Positions 10,141-12,886 of a stretch of 12,886 nucleotides of DNA are shown here, one piece after another. The position numbers were made by a program, and so were the translations under genes. The stretch lies in contig NW_021826474.1 in the NCBI RefSeq assembly GCF_006345805.1, forward strand, positions 1 through 12,886, given 5' to 3'. Position 1 is the first letter of the stretch. Each line of letters begins with the position of its first letter. The notes beneath the pieces are model-generated. The model was given only the letters and a program-made list of their open reading frames with translations, was not told the origin of the DNA and did not search any database. This stretch comes from Octopus sinensis (lineage: Eukaryota).

Positions 10141-10156
10141 GCTGCAACGTCATCTT

Positions 10157-10206
10157 GTATGTGTGTACATACACACACACACATATGTGTGTGTGTGTGT
10201 GTGTGT
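10157..10206. repeat. (CA)n/(TG)n microsatellite
   Basis: Read directly. Confidence 0.9.
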
Positions 10207-10339
10207 AAGACCTTTTCAATTCTCGAGCGTTATACTAATACATCTGTTTGTTTTCAACACCACCTGTCTTCGTCTTCTGTTTTTTCGTGAAATTCTCCCC
10301 CCCCACCATATATATATAAATATATATATATAATAAATA

Positions 10340-10860
10340 TTAGGGAATAAATCCAGGGAAAAATCAGATTTAAGATTGAATCCAATTTTATAGTAAAATA
10401 TTATATTATATTAAATTAGAGACAAAACCACTATTAGGCAAATCAAACAATGACAAACTTAAGCCAATACATTTATGTAATTAGATATAGACTAATATTG
10501 ATATTAGAATATGGGTTTTCTACCTTATAAATTAAAGTTAATATTTAACATTATAGTCGATTTCGATATAATCATATTTAATAATAGAGTTTATTATAAG
10601 TAAAATTATTATATTATATATATTATTTATATCTTAAAAATATTGATTATATTTTAGATATTTAAGCCACCTGATGAATGACTGCGACTCAAAAATTTGA
10701 AGACAGCAGGCATGAAACGATCGTAGTGTGATATTAATTATATTTTTTTAATAATTTTGTTACATATTTAAATAATATAAATTAATCATATGTATTGGCT
10801 TAAGTTTTTCATTGTTTGATTTGCCTAATAGTGGTTTTGTCTCTAATTTAATATAATATA
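10340..10860 (+). mobile_element. AT-rich non-coding element with a 71-bp inverted repeat enclosing a hammerhead (Penelope-like inverted pLTR remnant)
   Basis: Arms 10402-10472 and 10790-10860 are reverse complements with one mismatch; (TA)n on both flanks; hammerhead at 10668-10728. Confidence 0.72.
10668..10728 (+). ncRNA. type I hammerhead ribozyme (complete catalytic core)
   Basis: cac CUGAUGA aug-a-cugc-gac-ucaaa-aa-uuuga-agaca-gcag-g-cau GAAA cgaucg UA gug. Stem I cac/gug; stem II aug/cau, cugc/gcag, ucaaa/uuuga; palindromic stem III; predicted cleavage after GUA (10725). Confidence 0.8.
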
Positions 10861-11822
10861 TATATATATATATGCACATACTTATATTCACACACATAAG
10901 GTCAATTATTTTTTCCTAGTTTTATTTGTCTTCCCATTTTAATATATATATCCACGCTGGCTTCGCCGCGGAGTCGACTTCGCTTACAAAGTGTCATTAT
11001 ATATAAAAAAAATAATGCTTTACAATTTGTCTGGTGTGATTTCTTTTCCATTTTCATCGATAGGTATTTATCACATATATCTTTAGTTCTTTTTATTTTA
11101 CAGTGTTAGTGAAGTTAGATATACAGCTCTCCTTCGTTTATATACGCATACATAACATTTTAACTGTTTTACAGTTGTAGTGAAGGTAGATATACTTCGA
11201 AAGTATTAAGAAACTTTTTATGTGTTCAGTACAAAACTATTAATATTTATCATAGTTTCTTCAATCGATAGTTATCTACGTTTTATGTTTTATTTTTTTC
11301 TGTATTCTGTCTTTCCAATGAACACTTGAATTCTATTTCTTCTCTGATAATATATTTATAACTTTTTATTTCATATTTTCCATCTGCACTTAAAAATCAA
11401 AATGGCGAAACGAAACTTGCAAATAGGGGAAGATCGACTATTTCTGCACTATGGGATAATAAAGATAAATCCAATAACAACGACCAAATAAGAGACACCC
11501 TGAAAAGTTATAGTTTCTAAAGGTTGATATTTCAAATTGAGAAAAAGGAATGGTGAATTTTTTTCATTTATATATCGTGATGATTTCACATTTAGCAATT
11601 GTAAAATGAATAAAGAAATCTAGTGCCGAAGAATATAACACAAATACCCTGAATATGAACACAAGAGTTAGTAACTCGTTAACCGATGAGACAGAAGACT
11701 GCAGAAAATAAAATTCCACAAGAATCAAGGGAAATCAATTCGAAAAAATATATAACATAACCAGGTCTCACTTATGTAAAACAACGACATAAAACTGAAG
11801 CGGATTATGTCAATAACGAAAT

Positions 11823-12217
11823 TATTCTTTTATTCTTTTACTTGTTTCAATCATTTTGACAGTGGCCATACTGGAGCACCGCCTTTTAGTTGAAGAAAAC
11901 GACCCATGTACTTATTCTTTGTAAGCCTGGTGCTTGTTCTATCAGTCTCGTCCGCTGAACTGCTAAGTTAAGGAGACGTAAGCATACCAACATCGGTTGT
12001 CAAGCGATGGTGGTGGCATGGACAAACACTGACATAAACACACACACATAAATATATACATATATGACGGGCTTCTTTCAGTTTCCGTCTACCAAATCAA
12101 TTGACAAGGCTTTGGTCGGTCTGAGGCTATAGTAGAAGACTCTTGCCCAAGGTGTCACGCAGCGGAACTGAACCCGGAACCATGTGGTTGGGAAGCAAGC
12201 TTCTTATCACACAGCCA
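11823..12217 (-). mobile_element. tRNA-derived SINE family 2 (CORE-like)
   Basis: Minus strand: A-box-like TGGCTGTGTGA, B-box-like GGTTCAGTTCC, CORE-like ACCTTGGGCAAG, internal microsatellite, (AAAGAAT)-type tail; colinear with 4799-5189. Confidence 0.9.
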
Positions 12218-12233
12218 TATATGTATATATATA

Positions 12234-12541
12234 TCACCGTGATCACCGTGACCGACTAGGCTATCAGATGTTGCTACACATCGCTGGTCACAATGCGTTT
12301 CGCATTGTTTTAGCCTTTAAATGATGCCACCCCACTGGCTAAGCGAGCAGGCCAACAGAAGAATGAGTGAGAGAAAGTTGCGGCGAAAGAGTACAGCAGG
12401 GATTGCCACCACCCCCTGCCGGAGTCTCGTGGAGCTTTAGGTGTTTTCGCTCAATAAACACTCACAATGCCTAGTCTAGGAATCGAAACCGTGATCCTAT
12501 GACCGCGAGTCCGCTGCCCTAACCACTGGGCCATTGCGCCT

Positions 12542-12545
<4 letters not shown>
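12234..12545 (-). mobile_element. tRNA-derived SINE family 3
   Basis: Minus strand head GGCGCAATGGCCCAGTGGTTAGGGC (A-box) ... GGTTTCGATTCC (B-box-like), GC-richer body, repeated TCACGGTGA tail; flanked by (TA)n and (CA)n. Confidence 0.8.

Positions 12546-12586
<41 letters not shown>
12543..12586. repeat. (CA)n(TA)n microsatellite
   Basis: Read directly. Confidence 0.9.
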
Positions 12587-12587
<1 letters not shown>

Positions 12588-12834
12588 TTAACGTTTTGAT
12601 TATGTTCACAAAAATCTCAACAGATAATAAAAAATCCCAGTTCGATTAAAAAGCAAATAATTATATCTAAAAGAAGCAGTTAAACATTTTGCTCATCAAC
12701 ATCGAAAATAATTAGTTATCACCAAAATAATTAATGCGTAATAAAGCAAATGTGTATATACGTAAAACACAGAATCCAAACACTTTTTGGTACACACAGA
12801 TATGCGCAGACATATACACACACAGAACATGCCA

Positions 12835-12841
12835 CATATAC

Positions 12842-12883
<42 letters not shown>
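12835..12883. repeat. (TA)n(CA)n microsatellite
   Basis: Read directly. Confidence 0.9.
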
Positions 12884-12886
12884 ATT

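Noticed and set aside
11683-11720. CCGATGA...cag-aaga-ctg...GAAA hammerhead-like string
   Set aside because: Core U is replaced and there is no convincing stem I or III; likely chance.
12465-12545. Functional tRNA gene
   Set aside because: A/B boxes are present but the acceptor stem is not convincing and the sequence runs into a SINE body and repeated tail.

Overview
AT-rich, repeat-saturated eukaryotic non-coding DNA. The SINE families and dense (TA)n/(GATA)n/(CA)n tracts look like an octopus (coleoid cephalopod) genome; this assignment is from recognition, not a search. No intact protein-coding gene is supported, and most listed ORFs are translated microsatellites or SINEs. The window holds three tRNA-derived SINE families, several copies with target-site duplications, including a four-unit tandem SINE inserted into an old RTE-clade LINE reverse-transcriptase remnant. 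It also holds a decayed CR1/L2-like RT fragment. The most interesting signal is three apparently unrelated non-coding elements embedded in (TA)n/(CA)n tracts that carry minimal type I hammerhead ribozyme cores with self-complementary stem III. These are a ~555-bp unit in tandem-plus-inverted arrangement (1961-3206, two cores), a 71-bp inverted-repeat element with a complete core (10402-10860), and a degenerate copy (1545-1745). This fits Penelope-like pseudo-LTR or retrozyme-type elements.
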